Positions 20,175-30,576 of a stretch of 64,000 nt of DNA are shown one piece after another. The notes beneath the pieces are model-generated. The model was not told the DNA's origin, made no database searches, and saw only the letters and a list, made by a program, of their open reading frames with translations. This DNA comes from an uncultured delta proteobacterium. GTDB taxonomy: Bacteria > Desulfobacterota > Desulfobacteria > Desulfobacterales > JAHEIW01. The position numbers were made by a program, and so were the translations under genes. Location of the stretch: contig CAVPNL010000002.1 in the NCBI GenBank assembly GCA_963706575.1, positions 114,022 to 178,021 of the forward strand, in the 5' to 3' direction. Position 1 is the first letter of the stretch; every line of letters starts with the position of its first letter.

Positions 20175-22247
20175 TTACTCCTTAGCCCGGTTGGCCTCTT
20201 CGATGATTTTTTCTGCAATCTGGGCAGGCACTTCATCATAATGTGAAAATTCCATGGTAAAGATCCCCCGGCCGCCGGTCATGGAACGCAAATCTGAGGC
20301 GTAGCTCAAGAATTCTGCCATGGGCACCTGGGCATTAATCACCTGGTTCTTCCCGGCATTATCCATTCCCAGGACTCTGCCGCGCCGGCCGTTGAGGTCC
20401 CCCATGATATCACCCATGTAGTCTTCCGGAGTCGTAATCGTCACTTTCATGATGGGCTCGAGCAATGTCGGAGTGGCCCCTTCCACCGCTTTTTTAAATG
20501 CCAGCGACCCGGCTATCTTAAACGCCATCTCAGAAGAGTCCACCTGATGGTAGGATCCATCATCCAGGGTAACTTTGAAATCAACGGCGGGAAAACCTGC
20601 CAGCACGCCTTTCTGGCTGGCTTCGACAATGCCTTTTTCAACGGCCGGGATATACGTTTTGGGAATAACGCCGCCAACGATGGCATCGACAAATTCAAAC
20701 CCTTTTCCGCGAGGCAGGGGTTCAATTTGAATCCAGCAATCGCCGAATTGACCGTGACCGCCGGTCTGTTTCTTATGCTTGCCCTGAACCCGGGCTTTGC
20801 CTTTAATGGTTTCCCGGTAGGGAACCTTGGGCGTATTCAACTGGGCTTCAACACTAAATTTTCGCTTCAGTTTGTCAAGGATAGTCTCAACATGGATCTG
20901 GCCCAACCCGGATAAAAGAATTTCTTTTGTTTCGGCCACCCGGTCCAAGTTCACAGAAGGGTCCTCTTCCAATAGCTTGGTCAATGAAATGAAAATCTTG
21001 TCTTCTTCGCCCTTGGATTTGGCGGTCAGGGCAAATGAGATCAGACTCTGAAGCGGTTCGGCACAGGCATATTTTATTTTAGCGGCATCATCGCAAAGGG
21101 TATCACCAGTTCGGGTTTCCTTCAGTTTTGCCACAGCAACGATTGAGCCGGGTCCGGCCTCTGTAGCCGGTTTTTGTTCTTTGCCTGCGATTGTTAATAA
21201 CTGAGTGAATCGCTCTTTGGTATCTTTATTGGGATTGAAAAAGGTGCCGTCGCTTCCCAGCTTTCCGGAAACCACCCGGAAGATGCTCAAACGGCCGGCA
21301 TAGGGATCTGCAACGGTTTTAACAACATACCCGGAAAAAGGTGCATTTTCATCCGGCGCCCGGTCAATTTTATCGCCGGTGGCAGGGTCCACGCCGCTTC
21401 TGGCACCGCTATCGATCGGAGAAGGCATGCTGGTGGTCACAAAATCCAATAAAAGATCAATGCCGATATTTTGGGTAGCCGATCCGCAAATCACCGGCAC
21501 AAATGTATGCGAAAGCGTACCGTTGCGAAGGGCGGCATTTAAATCCTCATCGGACAGCTCTTCTCCTTCAAGATAGCGTTCAATCAATGCATCATCGGCT
21601 TCGGCGATATTTTCAATCAAGGCTTCTCTTTCGCTTTCGACCAGATCCTGCATCTCCGCAGGAATGTCTACTTTTTGGGGCTTGCCGTCGGCATCATATA
21701 TGTAGGCTTGATTTCGAATCAGATCCACAACGCCTTTAAATTCAGCTTCCGCGCCGATGGGTAGCTGCAGGATAATCGGTTTGGGATCAAAGCTGACTTT
21801 GGCATCTTCAAAGGTGCGATTAAAATCCGCCCGTTCGCGGTCCAGTTTGTTGATGAAGATCACGCTGGGTTGATTAAACTCTTTGGCAAACTCCCATGCC
21901 AGTTCGGTTTGAACCTTGACGCCGTCGACAGCATCAACGACGACCACCACGCCGTCAGCCGCCTGCATGCTGCTTTTGGTATCGGAGAAAAAATTCTGGT
22001 CACCGGGGGTATCGATTAAATTTACGGTATGGTTCTTCCAGCTGAATTGATGAAACCCGCTGCTGATACTGGATCTGCGCTTGAGTTCTTCAGGCTCGAA
22101 ATCCATGGCAGTATTGCCTTCTTCTACCTTACCAAATCGCTTCCTGGTGCCGGATTTGTAAAGCATGGCCTCCGCCAGAGATGTTTTGCCGGCGCCCCCA
22201 TGGCCAATAAGGGCTAAGTTTCTGATACGCTCAACCTTTTCACTCAT
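20175..22247 (-). CDS. fusA: Elongation factor G paralog (EF-G2-like)
   Basis: Full EF-G layout (GHGGAGKT, DTPG, NKLD, KKQTGGHGQFG, DSSEMAF, LRSMTGGRG) with non-canonical G motifs; not in an rpsL-rpsG operon. Confidence 0.9.
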   Translation of the reverse strand: MSEKVERIRNLALIGHGGAGKTSLAEAMLYKSGTRKRFGKVEEGNTAMDFEPEELKRRSSISSGFHQFSWKNHTVNLIDTPGDQNFFSDTKSSMQAADGVVVVVDAVDGVKVQTELAWEFAKEFNQPSVIFINKLDRERADFNRTFEDAKVSFDPKPIILQLPIGAEAEFKGVVDLIRNQAYIYDADGKPQKVDIPAEMQDLVESEREALIENIAEADDALIERYLEGEELSDEDLNAALRNGTLSHTFVPVICGSATQNIGIDLLLDFVTTSMPSPIDSGARSGVDPATGDKIDRAPDENAPFSGYVVKTVADPYAGRLSIFRVVSGKLGSDGTFFNPNKDTKERFTQLLTIAGKEQKPATEAGPGSIVAVAKLKETRTGDTLCDDAAKIKYACAEPLQSLISFALTAKSKGEEDKIFISLTKLLEEDPSVNLDRVAETKEILLSGLGQIHVETILDKLKRKFSVEAQLNTPKVPYRETIKGKARVQGKHKKQTGGHGQFGDCWIQIEPLPRGKGFEFVDAIVGGVIPKTYIPAVEKGIVEASQKGVLAGFPAVDFKVTLDDGSYHQVDSSEMAFKIAGSLAFKKAVEGATPTLLEPIMKVTITTPEDYMGDIMGDLNGRRGRVLGMDNAGKNQVINAQVPMAEFLSYASDLRSMTGGRGIFTMEFSHYDEVPAQIAEKIIEEANRAKE

Positions 22248-22351
22248 TTAGATACCTCTTTCCTTGGGTTTTATGACGAATAAATTTTTAAACGTGAATG
22301 TTTATCTGTTTCATTGAAAAAAATCAAGCCCAAAATAAGGCTAATGCGCGA

Positions 22352-23164
22352 TTATTGACGGTTTAAGAAAATGAAAAATTCGCGGTTGCCCTTAGGACCC
22401 AGCAGGGGCGACGCATAAACCGATTGAGGCGCCAGCTGGATGGTGCGGAAAAAATCGGATAATTCGGTAATGACTCTTTGATGTATTTGTGGCTCTCTCA
22501 CGACACCGCCTTTTCCGACCTGACCTTTGCCGGCTTCAAACTGCGGTTTTATCAACGCCAAAATTGAAGCGTTTGGTTTCATGAATCGAATCACGGCCGG
22601 AACGACAATTTTAAGAGAAATAAAGGAAACATCGATGGTAATCAGGTCCACCGACTCCGGGATCGCAACATCTGGCATATACCGAATATTTGTCCGCTCG
22701 ATAACGATGACGCGCTGATTCTGTCGAATTTTCCAGGCCAGTTGTCCGTACCCAACATCCACGGCATAAACGCGTTCGGCGCCGTGCTGTAAAAGACAAT
22801 CCGTAAAGCCTCCGGTAGAAGCCCCCACGTCGATGCAAACCGCGCCGGATACATCCAGCGGCAAGTTTTGCAAAGCGGCTTCAAGTTTGAGCCCGCCTCT
22901 GCTGACATAAGGGTTGTCGTCGCCTTTAACTTCAACTTTATCTTCGCTTGAAACAAAAAAGCCCGGTTTGTCGACGGGTTGATCATTGACCAGAACCCGT
23001 CCGGCCATGATCATGGTTCTGGCCCGCTGACGGCTTTTGACCAGTCCCTTTTCAACAATGATTAAATCCAGTCGGTGTTTTTTTCGGGGCACTTGACTCA
23101 GTGATAAGAATGGGTAATTGAGTGTTTTCGAGACCACTTCTAGACGGCCTGGCTGCTTGGCCAT
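22352..23164 (-). CDS. tlyA: TlyA-family rRNA methyltransferase
   Basis: S4 domain, [42 protein letters not shown]; alternative GTG start at 23092. Confidence 0.93.
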   Translation of the reverse strand: MAKQPGRLEVVSKTLNYPFLSLSQVPRKKHRLDLIIVEKGLVKSRQRARTMIMAGRVLVNDQPVDKPGFFVSSEDKVEVKGDDNPYVSRGGLKLEAALQNLPLDVSGAVCIDVGASTGGFTDCLLQHGAERVYAVDVGYGQLAWKIRQNQRVIVIERTNIRYMPDVAIPESVDLITIDVSFISLKIVVPAVIRFMKPNASILALIKPQFEAGKGQVGKGGVVREPQIHQRVITELSDFFRTIQLAPQSVYASPLLGPKGNREFFIFLNRQ

Positions 23165-25062
23165 TTATCCTGCCGTTTGTCGGAAGAAGTCACCAGACGT
23201 TTAGCGGTTTCGACAATGGCATCAGCATCAACCCCGTATTTTGAGCGCAGAAGGTTTTGGGGGCCGTGTTCGACAAATGTATCGGGAATACCGATACGCG
23301 CCAGCTGATAATCGGTGATTCCGGAATCATTGAGCGCCTCCAGAACGGCACTGCCGAATCCGCCCTGGCGGACATTTTCTTCGACGCTAATGATACGCTG
23401 ATTTTTTTTAACCAGAGAGCAAATGAGTTCGACATCCAGGGGCTTTACAAACCGGCAGTTAACAACAGTTGCGGATATGCCCAGTTGGGATAATTCCGAA
23501 TGGGCCTCCAGTGCGTCGCAGACCGATCGGCCAATAGCCAGGATTAAAACATCTTCGCCTTCCTTTAATACCTCCGCTTTACCGATAGGAAGCGGTCGGA
23601 TGTCCTTTTCGAGAATCGTTCCGGTGCCGGCCCCACGGGGGTATCGCAGGGCAATCGGACCGTCATGGTTTAAGGCTGTCAGCAGCATGCGGCGCAGTTC
23701 ATTTTCATCTTTCGGTGCCATGACCACCATGTTGGGTAAATTGCGCAAATAGCCCAGATCGAAAAGGCCATGATGGGTGGATCCGTCTTCACCGACGATG
23801 CCACCGCGGTCGATGGCGAAAACGACATGCAACGATTCGAGGCAGACATCATGTAAAATTTGATCATATGCGCGCTGCAAAAAGGTGGAGTAAATGGCAA
23901 CCACCGGCTTCAGGTTTTCAGTGGCCAGGCCGGCGGCAAAGGTCACTCCATGCTGTTCTGCAATTCCCACATCAAAAAATCTTTTCGGAAACAGCTCTGA
24001 AAATTGCGCCAAGCCGGTTCCCTCGGGCATCGCTGCCGTAACCGCAATGATTTTCGGATCCGTTTTTGCCAGTTGGACCATGGCATCGCCAAACACCTGG
24101 GTATAAGACGGATTCGGGCTCTTTTTATCCAAACAGTTACCGGTTTCGATTTCAAACTGGGTGCATCCGTGAAAATAAACCGGGTTATTTTCAGCCGGCG
24201 GATATCCTTTGCCCTTTTGGGTGGAGACATGTAATAGCACCGGTTCATTCAGGTATTTAATATTATTGAGTATATCAATTAAATGATTCAACTTGTGCCC
24301 ATCAATGGGACCAAAGTACTCAAAATTAAAGGCTTCAAACAGCATGCCCGGGGTCACGAAAGTTTTCAGGCTGTCTTCGGTTCTTTTGGCCAACTGATAA
24401 ATGTCATCGCCAAATTTGGGCAGCGATTTTAAAAAATCCCCCAATTCTTTGCGGATTTCCTGCATCTTTTTGCCGGAAAACTTACGGCTCAGGAAAGAGG
24501 ATAGGGCGCCGACATTGCGCGAGATCGACATTTCATTATCATTGAGAATCACGATAAGATTTTTGTCTTTATGGGTATCGCCAGCCTGGTTGAGGCCCTC
24601 GTAAGCAATTCCGGCGGTCATGGAGCCATCACCGATAACGGCAATCACCTTGGCATTTTCGTCCTTGATATCTTTGGCACAGGCGATGCCAAGGCTGGCG
24701 GATACGGAGGTGCTGCTGTGCCCGGTTGTAAAAGCATCGTAAGGACTTTCGCTGCGGCGGGTAAAACCGGAAATTCCTTTGAACTGGCGCAGGGTATGAA
24801 ATTGCTCCCGTCGACCGGTGAGCAGTTTGTGAGCATAGGCCTGATGCCCGACATCCCAAATAACTTTATCGTGCGGGGTATCGAAAACGTAATGAATCGC
24901 GATTGCCAATTCGACCGCACCCAAACTGGGCGCCAGATGACCGCCGGTTTGGGATACCACGTCGACAATGGCCCAGCGAATTTCTTCGGCCAGCTCGGGA
25001 AGATCATTGCGCGGGATTTTTTTTAAATCTGCCGGTGAGTTGATTTTATCCAATAATGCCAA
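23140..25062 (-). CDS. dxs: 1-deoxy-D-xylulose-5-phosphate synthase
   Basis: [24 protein letters not shown]...[20 protein letters not shown]. Confidence 0.97.
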   Translation of the reverse strand: MALLDKINSPADLKKIPRNDLPELAEEIRWAIVDVVSQTGGHLAPSLGAVELAIAIHYVFDTPHDKVIWDVGHQAYAHKLLTGRREQFHTLRQFKGISGFTRRSESPYDAFTTGHSSTSVSASLGIACAKDIKDENAKVIAVIGDGSMTAGIAYEGLNQAGDTHKDKNLIVILNDNEMSISRNVGALSSFLSRKFSGKKMQEIRKELGDFLKSLPKFGDDIYQLAKRTEDSLKTFVTPGMLFEAFNFEYFGPIDGHKLNHLIDILNNIKYLNEPVLLHVSTQKGKGYPPAENNPVYFHGCTQFEIETGNCLDKKSPNPSYTQVFGDAMVQLAKTDPKIIAVTAAMPEGTGLAQFSELFPKRFFDVGIAEQHGVTFAAGLATENLKPVVAIYSTFLQRAYDQILHDVCLESLHVVFAIDRGGIVGEDGSTHHGLFDLGYLRNLPNMVVMAPKDENELRRMLLTALNHDGPIALRYPRGAGTGTILEKDIRPLPIGKAEVLKEGEDVLILAIGRSVCDALEAHSELSQLGISATVVNCRFVKPLDVELICSLVKKNQRIISVEENVRQGGFGSAVLEALNDSGITDYQLARIGIPDTFVEHGPQNLLRSKYGVDADAIVETAKRLVTSSDKRQDKWPSSQAV

Positions 25063-25104
25063 TTTAAGGTTACTCCTCTTTTTCTATTTACTTTTGGGAA
25101 AGAT

Positions 25105-25995
25105 TTATTTTTTTCTATCGATGATATAGGTCGCTATGGCGCGCAATGGTTCGGCTTTATGATCAAATGATCCAAGCGCATGCAAAGCGTCATCAATCAG
25201 CTTTCCGGCAAACGTTTTAGATTCTTCAAGACCCAGCAGGGAAGGGTAGGTGCTTTTCTGACGCAGTTCATCGGTCCCCACCGCCTTTCCCATTATGGCC
25301 GGGTCGCCTTCAACATTTAAAATATCATCGGTTACCTGAAAAGCAAGGCCTATATTTTGAGCATAGCCTTCAAGCAGATTCAGCTGGCTGGAATTCACAT
25401 CAGCCAATTCGGCACCGCATATCAATGACACTTCGATCAATGCGCCGGTTTTCAAGCGATGCATGGATTGCAGTTCATTCAATGTCAACTGGTTTCCTTC
25501 TGCGTCGATATCCAGCATCTGTCCCTGAATCATGCCGCAATAGCCGGCTGCATGTGAAATCAGTCGAATGACGCGCAACCATTTCGCGGCCTGCTGAACG
25601 TTGCTGGCTGCGACAGATGACAGCGTTTGAAAGGCCAGTGTCAGCAGCGCATCGCCGGCAAGGATTGCGGTGGCCTCATCATAGGCTTTATGGCAGGTCG
25701 GCTGCCCCCTGCGCAGGTCATCATCATCCATGGCCGGAAGATCATCGTGGATTAAAGAATAGGTATGAACCATCTCAAGGGCACAGGCCGCCGGCAAAAC
25801 ATCCTCCTGATCACCACCGACTGCCTCAGCAGCGGCAATGCAGAGTACGGAGCGAAATCGTTTGCCGCCGGCCATCAGAGAGTAAGTCATGGCCTCCAGG
25901 AGGCGGTCCGAGGGCCCGGATGTTTTTAAAATGGATTCAAGGGCCGCGTTAATGCGTTCAATTTTCTCTGCCAGATATGCATTTAAATCAAACAT
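25105..25995 (-). CDS. ispA: Geranyltranstransferase / farnesyl diphosphate synthase
   Basis: GGKR, HDDLPAMD, AILAGD, KTGAL, FQVTDDIL; xseB-ispA-dxs gene order. Confidence 0.92.
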   Translation of the reverse strand: MFDLNAYLAEKIERINAALESILKTSGPSDRLLEAMTYSLMAGGKRFRSVLCIAAAEAVGGDQEDVLPAACALEMVHTYSLIHDDLPAMDDDDLRRGQPTCHKAYDEATAILAGDALLTLAFQTLSSVAASNVQQAAKWLRVIRLISHAAGYCGMIQGQMLDIDAEGNQLTLNELQSMHRLKTGALIEVSLICGAELADVNSSQLNLLEGYAQNIGLAFQVTDDILNVEGDPAIMGKAVGTDELRQKSTYPSLLGLEESKTFAGKLIDDALHALGSFDHKAEPLRAIATYIIDRKK

Positions 25996-26000
25996 GATAC

Positions 26001-26246
26001 CTAATCATCATTTGTATCGTCTTCAGCAGCTATAAACGGCTTTTCAGCTATCTGACCTTCCGAGTTCTTCAGCAAGACAGAGATTTTCTTTTCTGTTTCG
26101 TCCAACTTCTCGGAACATAATTTTGTCAGTTTAATGCCTTCTTCAAACTTTTTAATTGCTTTTTCCAGGGGTAGATCGCCGTCTTCGAGTTCCTGGACAA
26201 TTCGCTCGAGCTGTTTCATGGATTGTTCAAATGTTTTCTGGGCCAT
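26001..26246 (-). CDS. xseB: Exodeoxyribonuclease VII small subunit
   Basis: FEQSMKQLERIVQELEDGDLPLE. Confidence 0.95.
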   Translation of the reverse strand: MAQKTFEQSMKQLERIVQELEDGDLPLEKAIKKFEEGIKLTKLCSEKLDETEKKISVLLKNSEGQIAEKPFIAAEDDTNDD

Positions 26247-27579
26247 TTTCAGATTTTCCTTTTACCCGGCAGGTTAACGTGCCTTTTGCAACCATTACTT
26301 GAAGATCTTGCTCAATGGAAACCGTCTTGGGGCTCACAACCACATTTAAATCAGGAAGCGTGCGTGTAATACTGTAACCCCGTTTTAAAATGGCAATCGG
26401 GCTAAGTGTTTCCAGTTGAACGCTTAACTCACGCAAACAAGCTGCCTTGTTATCTATGTTTTTATCAAATGATTTAATTATCTTATATTTATTTTGTTCA
26501 ACAATAACATGCAAATTTTGAAATTGATGGGCAGGACTGTTATTCACCAGCCGATCTTGCCACCATTGAAACCGTTCTTTTTTGCGGTCCAAAAGAATTT
26601 GAACATAACGAATCATCCGAGACGAAGAATCATCCATCCGTAATCGCCAATCTTCAATCCGTTTTCGAGGATCGACCAATCGCTGTGACAGGTCCCTCAG
26701 AGCAAATCCTAAACGATCGATTGTATTTGTCATTCGATATCTAAGATCTTCAGAAATATCTATAAGCTTCTGTAATAATTCACTTTTAACAGGAACAGCC
26801 AATTCGGCCGCTGCTGAGGGAGTCGGGGCTCTCAAATCCGCCACAAAATCAACAATGGTATAATCGGTTTCATGTCCGATTGCTGAGATAATGGGAATTT
26901 CAGATGAAAATACAGCTCTGGCGACGTTTTCGCTGTTAAATGCCTGCATATCCTCCAGTGATCCGCCGCCTCTGGCCAGAATAGCCACATCGGCGTCAGC
27001 TGTTTGATTGAGCTGCTTAAGTGCCGCAATGATTTCTTCTTCAGCTCCGCCGCCTTGTACTTTTACAGGAAAAATAAGTATATTCAAGTTGTTAAAGCGC
27101 CGATCGATGATGTTAAGCATGTCGTGAACCACCGCGCCCGATGGCGAAGTGATCAGAGCGATTTTATGGGCTAAATACGGTATGGTTTTTTTGTGTTTTT
27201 CATCAAACAAACCTTCATCCGCCAGCTTAGCCTTCAATTTCTCATAGGCGATTTGAAGGGCGCCGATTCCTGAAGGTTCCAGATATTCAAGAATAATCTG
27301 ATAGGTGCCCCGGGGTTCGTAAACACTGAGACGACCCATGCCGGTGATACGCATTCCGTCTTCGGGCTTAAACTTCAGTTGTCGTTGCTGACCCCGAAAC
27401 ATCACGGCATTGAGCTGTGATTCTTCATCCTTCAGGGTAAAATAAAAATGGCCGGATAAAGGAGTACGGAAATTAGAAATTTCTGCAACAATCCAAATAA
27501 AGGGGAACTGTTCTTCAAGCAGTAATTTGATATTGGCATTGAGTTCTGAAACCGTATAAATCTTTCGCATCGGCTCCAT
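26227..27579 (-). CDS. xseA: Exodeoxyribonuclease VII large subunit
   Basis: YTVSELN, SGHFYFTLKD, RGGGSLED, AIGHETD, RAPTPSAAAE; start ATG 27579 or 27570. Confidence 0.95.
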   Translation of the reverse strand: MEPMRKIYTVSELNANIKLLLEEQFPFIWIVAEISNFRTPLSGHFYFTLKDEESQLNAVMFRGQQRQLKFKPEDGMRITGMGRLSVYEPRGTYQIILEYLEPSGIGALQIAYEKLKAKLADEGLFDEKHKKTIPYLAHKIALITSPSGAVVHDMLNIIDRRFNNLNILIFPVKVQGGGAEEEIIAALKQLNQTADADVAILARGGGSLEDMQAFNSENVARAVFSSEIPIISAIGHETDYTIVDFVADLRAPTPSAAAELAVPVKSELLQKLIDISEDLRYRMTNTIDRLGFALRDLSQRLVDPRKRIEDWRLRMDDSSSRMIRYVQILLDRKKERFQWWQDRLVNNSPAHQFQNLHVIVEQNKYKIIKSFDKNIDNKAACLRELSVQLETLSPIAILKRGYSITRTLPDLNVVVSPKTVSIEQDLQVMVAKGTLTCRVKGKSENGPENI

Positions 27580-27834
27580 TTCATCAATCCCATTGTGTGA
27601 AGTGAACATATTTTTATCGAGGTTGTCAATCATGCTCAATTATGCTGTGCTGCAGGGCGGCATCCGACTGGAACAGATGCCCAACGTCTGATAAGTTATA
27701 TTATGTAAACTTTTATTCGGAATGCTGAAAACTAGGCACTTTATAGCGCAAAATCCTATTTTTGTCTCCCCTGTTTAAACAGGCACCAATAAAGGCGGCA
27801 TCTGATTCAAAATCCAGCTTGGGGCCTCTCATCC

Positions 27835-28104
27835 TCATTTTACGGCGTATTTTTCCAGCAGTTCGCGGACCGCCGGAATAATATAGATATCTTCATGGGG
27901 TATCAGGGCCAACTGATTGGCCAGAATTTTAATTTTTTTGTGCACCGACTTGTGTTTGTCCATGACAAACAATTTCTGGCCTTTAACGGTGCAAAGCCCA
28001 CTTTTGACCTTGATTCCTGAAACCTTGAGGTTCTGTTCGGAAACCGTAATCTGCATTCGTTCCGCCAGGTCTTTGAGCTCTTGATATAATTGGTCGGGTT
28101 TCAT
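27835..28104 (-). CDS. Small hypothetical protein, 89 aa
   Basis: MKPDQLYQELKDLAERM...SGLCTVKG...IYIIPAVRELL; protein-like composition; start set at ATG 28104. Confidence 0.7.
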   Translation of the reverse strand: MKPDQLYQELKDLAERMQITVSEQNLKVSGIKVKSGLCTVKGQKLFVMDKHKSVHKKIKILANQLALIPHEDIYIIPAVRELLEKYAVK

Positions 28105-28190
28105 AGCATTAAAACGCCACAGCCCCTTGAAAATCGCTGACTGTGTGTTATTATTAACAAACATTAAATTATATTCGCAGGAGGCTTTAA

Positions 28191-28892
28191 ATGGAGTCCA
28201 TATCAACAAAACAGACACAAGTCCAGACTCGCGTAAATGATTTTATTCGCAGTGTATACAACTGGATGGCGATCGGATTGGCACTGACCGGTTTTGTGGC
28301 CTTTTATGTCGCCAGCAATCCGACTCTGCTGAATCTTATATATCGAAATCAGATTCTGTTTTTCGGCCTGATTATCGCTGAACTGGGGCTGGTGTTTTGG
28401 ATCAGTGCCCGTATTCAACGCATGCAGGCTTCCACCGCCACTGCCCTGTTTGTGCTCTATTCAGCCTTGAACGGGACAACCCTGTCGTTTATATTTATTT
28501 TTTATACCCGGGCATCGATTGCTTCGACTTTCTTTGTCTGTGCGGCAACGTTTATTGCCTGCAGCATTTACGGCTGGACCACCAAACGCGACCTGACTTC
28601 CCTCGGTGGGTTCCTGATGATGGGATTAATCGGGATCATCATCGCTTCACTGGTCAACATTTTTATCCGCAGTTCGGCCATGCACATGATCATCAGCTAT
28701 ATCGGGGTGCTGGTTTTCGTCGGCTTGACCGCCTATGACACCCAGAGCCTGAAAGCCATGGCAGTTTCTCAACCTGCAGATGTGGGCGCCAGCGCGATAC
28801 GCAAAGGGGCAATCCTGGGCGCCCTGAAATTGTATCTGGATTTTATTAACCTGTTTCTGATGTTACTGAGGATTCTCGGCAATAGAGAGTAA
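28191..28892 (+). CDS. Bax inhibitor-1/YccA family membrane protein
   Basis: Seven hydrophobic segments; VYNWM, LTAYDTQ, ALKLYLDFINLF; GGAGG RBS. Confidence 0.92.
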   Translation: MESISTKQTQVQTRVNDFIRSVYNWMAIGLALTGFVAFYVASNPTLLNLIYRNQILFFGLIIAELGLVFWISARIQRMQASTATALFVLYSALNGTTLSFIFIFYTRASIASTFFVCAATFIACSIYGWTTKRDLTSLGGFLMMGLIGIIIASLVNIFIRSSAMHMIISYIGVLVFVGLTAYDTQSLKAMAVSQPADVGASAIRKGAILGALKLYLDFINLFLMLLRILGNRE

Positions 28893-28899
28893 CAATATT

Positions 28900-29097
28900 C
28901 GCAGATTACACGAATCCCAAAGATTATGTGTCGACAGATTCCGCAGATTACCGCAGATTGTTTTCTTTAAATCTAACCTGGTATCCTAAAAAAAGAGATT
29001 TCCGAAATAAGACCCATCATTTCTTTCCCAATTTTAATTTGAATTTTTTGAAATCTGCGTAAATCTGTGTAATCTGCGGATAATATTTATTCTGCGG
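28900..29097. repeat. Inverted 9-10-mer array element (CGCAGATT/AATCTGCG) between convergent genes
   Basis: Left CGCAGATTACAC...CAGATTCCGCAGATTACCGCAGATT, right AATCTGCGTAAATCTGTGTAATCTGCGG; AT-rich spacer of about 90 nt with no listed ORF. Confidence 0.8.
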
Positions 29098-29109
29098 AAT
29101 TGGCGGATG

Positions 29110-30462
29110 CTATCCAAGAGTGGCTTTGACGACGTCGGCGATCTGCTGACAGTAACGCCGGGTTTCGTCTTCTTCAGGCCCTTCAACCATCACGCGGCAA
29201 AGCGGCTGCGTTCCGGAATAGCGCACCAGCACCCTGCCCTTCTCGCCCAGGCACTCCTCTACCGATCGAATTGCAGCCATAATCTGCGGGACATTTTCAA
29301 TCGCTGGTTTCTTCTGCACATCGATATTCAGCAAAACCTGGGGGAATACGGTCATCACCCGGCTCAATTCCGATAGGGGCTTGTTCTCTTCGCACATGGC
29401 CTGAATCAGCCTTATCGCCGTCAGCATCCCATCGCCGGTAGTATGTTGATCCAGGAAAATCATGTGGCCCGAATCTTCTCCGCCGATGATGGCCCCGTTG
29501 GCGTTCATTTGTTCCAGCACATAGCGATCACCCACCTGAGCCATCAAGTGATTGATACCCAGGTCTTTTAAAGCCAGTCGCAGTCCTAAATTGCTCATGA
29601 CGGTGCTGACGACCAGATTGTTCTTCAGCAATCCTTTGCGCTTTAAAGACCGGGCACATATCGCCAGTGTCCGGTCACCGCTAATGACCAAGCCCTTCTC
29701 ATCGACGGCAACCAAGCGGTCGCCATCTCCATCAAAAGCCAGTCCGATATCGGCCTCTTGCCTCAGAACCGCATCAATTAACGTTTCAGGGTGTTCGGAT
29801 CCACAGGCCGCGTTAATATTTTTACCGTCAGGGTGGATATGCAGCGCCTCGACCTGCGCAGCGAGATCCTGGAATAACCTCGGAGCAACAGTATAGGTTG
29901 CTCCATTAGAACAATCTAAAACGATCTTCATATCGTCGAACAGCTTAGCGTGGGGTAAGGTGTTTTGCAAAAAGGCAAGATAACGTTCAGGCGCATCCTT
30001 CAGGGTTTCAATGTTTCCGGTTTGATGATTGGATTTTCGAGGGCTGGGATCGACATTATTGGCCGCTAAAAGACGTTCAATCTCGTTTTCTTTGGCGTCG
30101 GAAAGCTTATATCCATCTGCGTCAAATATCTTGATGCCGTTGTCGTAAAACGGATTATGTGAGGCGGATATGACAATCCCGGCGGCCGCATCGCTTGATG
30201 ATACCAGATAGGCCACCGCCGGTGTGGGTAAAATACCGGTCAGACAGGCATCAGCGCCAACGGAACAGATTCCGGATGCCAGGGCATTTTCGATCATGTC
30301 GCCTGACTCACGGGTGTCTTTTCCGATAATTATTTTTGTGGGGATGGCGCTGTCGCCGAAAACCGATGCAAGCGCCCGCCCGATTTCAAAGACCGCACCA
30401 GCTGTCAGTGGATATTCATTTGCGACGCCGCGGATACCATCTGTACCAAAAAGTCTGCCCAT
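29110..30462 (-). CDS. glmM: Phosphoglucosamine mutase
   Basis: FGTDGIRG, ISASHNP, DGDGDR, VGDRYV, GGEDSGH, RYSGT. Confidence 0.95.
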   Translation of the reverse strand: MGRLFGTDGIRGVANEYPLTAGAVFEIGRALASVFGDSAIPTKIIIGKDTRESGDMIENALASGICSVGADACLTGILPTPAVAYLVSSSDAAAGIVISASHNPFYDNGIKIFDADGYKLSDAKENEIERLLAANNVDPSPRKSNHQTGNIETLKDAPERYLAFLQNTLPHAKLFDDMKIVLDCSNGATYTVAPRLFQDLAAQVEALHIHPDGKNINAACGSEHPETLIDAVLRQEADIGLAFDGDGDRLVAVDEKGLVISGDRTLAICARSLKRKGLLKNNLVVSTVMSNLGLRLALKDLGINHLMAQVGDRYVLEQMNANGAIIGGEDSGHMIFLDQHTTGDGMLTAIRLIQAMCEENKPLSELSRVMTVFPQVLLNIDVQKKPAIENVPQIMAAIRSVEECLGEKGRVLVRYSGTQPLCRVMVEGPEEDETRRYCQQIADVVKATLG

Positions 30463-30473
30463 AATAAAAAAAT

Positions 30474-30570
30474 GTTAAATTAGTTAAATTGGTTTAATTG
30501 GTCTAATTGGTTAAACAATGTATCCCTCCAAACCAATCTAACCAATCAAACCAATTGAACCAATCAAACC
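30474..30570. repeat. Inverted nonamer-array element (AATTGGTT/AACCAAT) inside the glm operon
   Basis: Left GTTAAATTAGTTAAATTGGTTTAATTGGTCTAATTGGTT, right AAACCAATCTAACCAATCAAACCAATTGAACCAATCAAACC. Confidence 0.8.
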
Positions 30571-30576
30571 CTTCCT

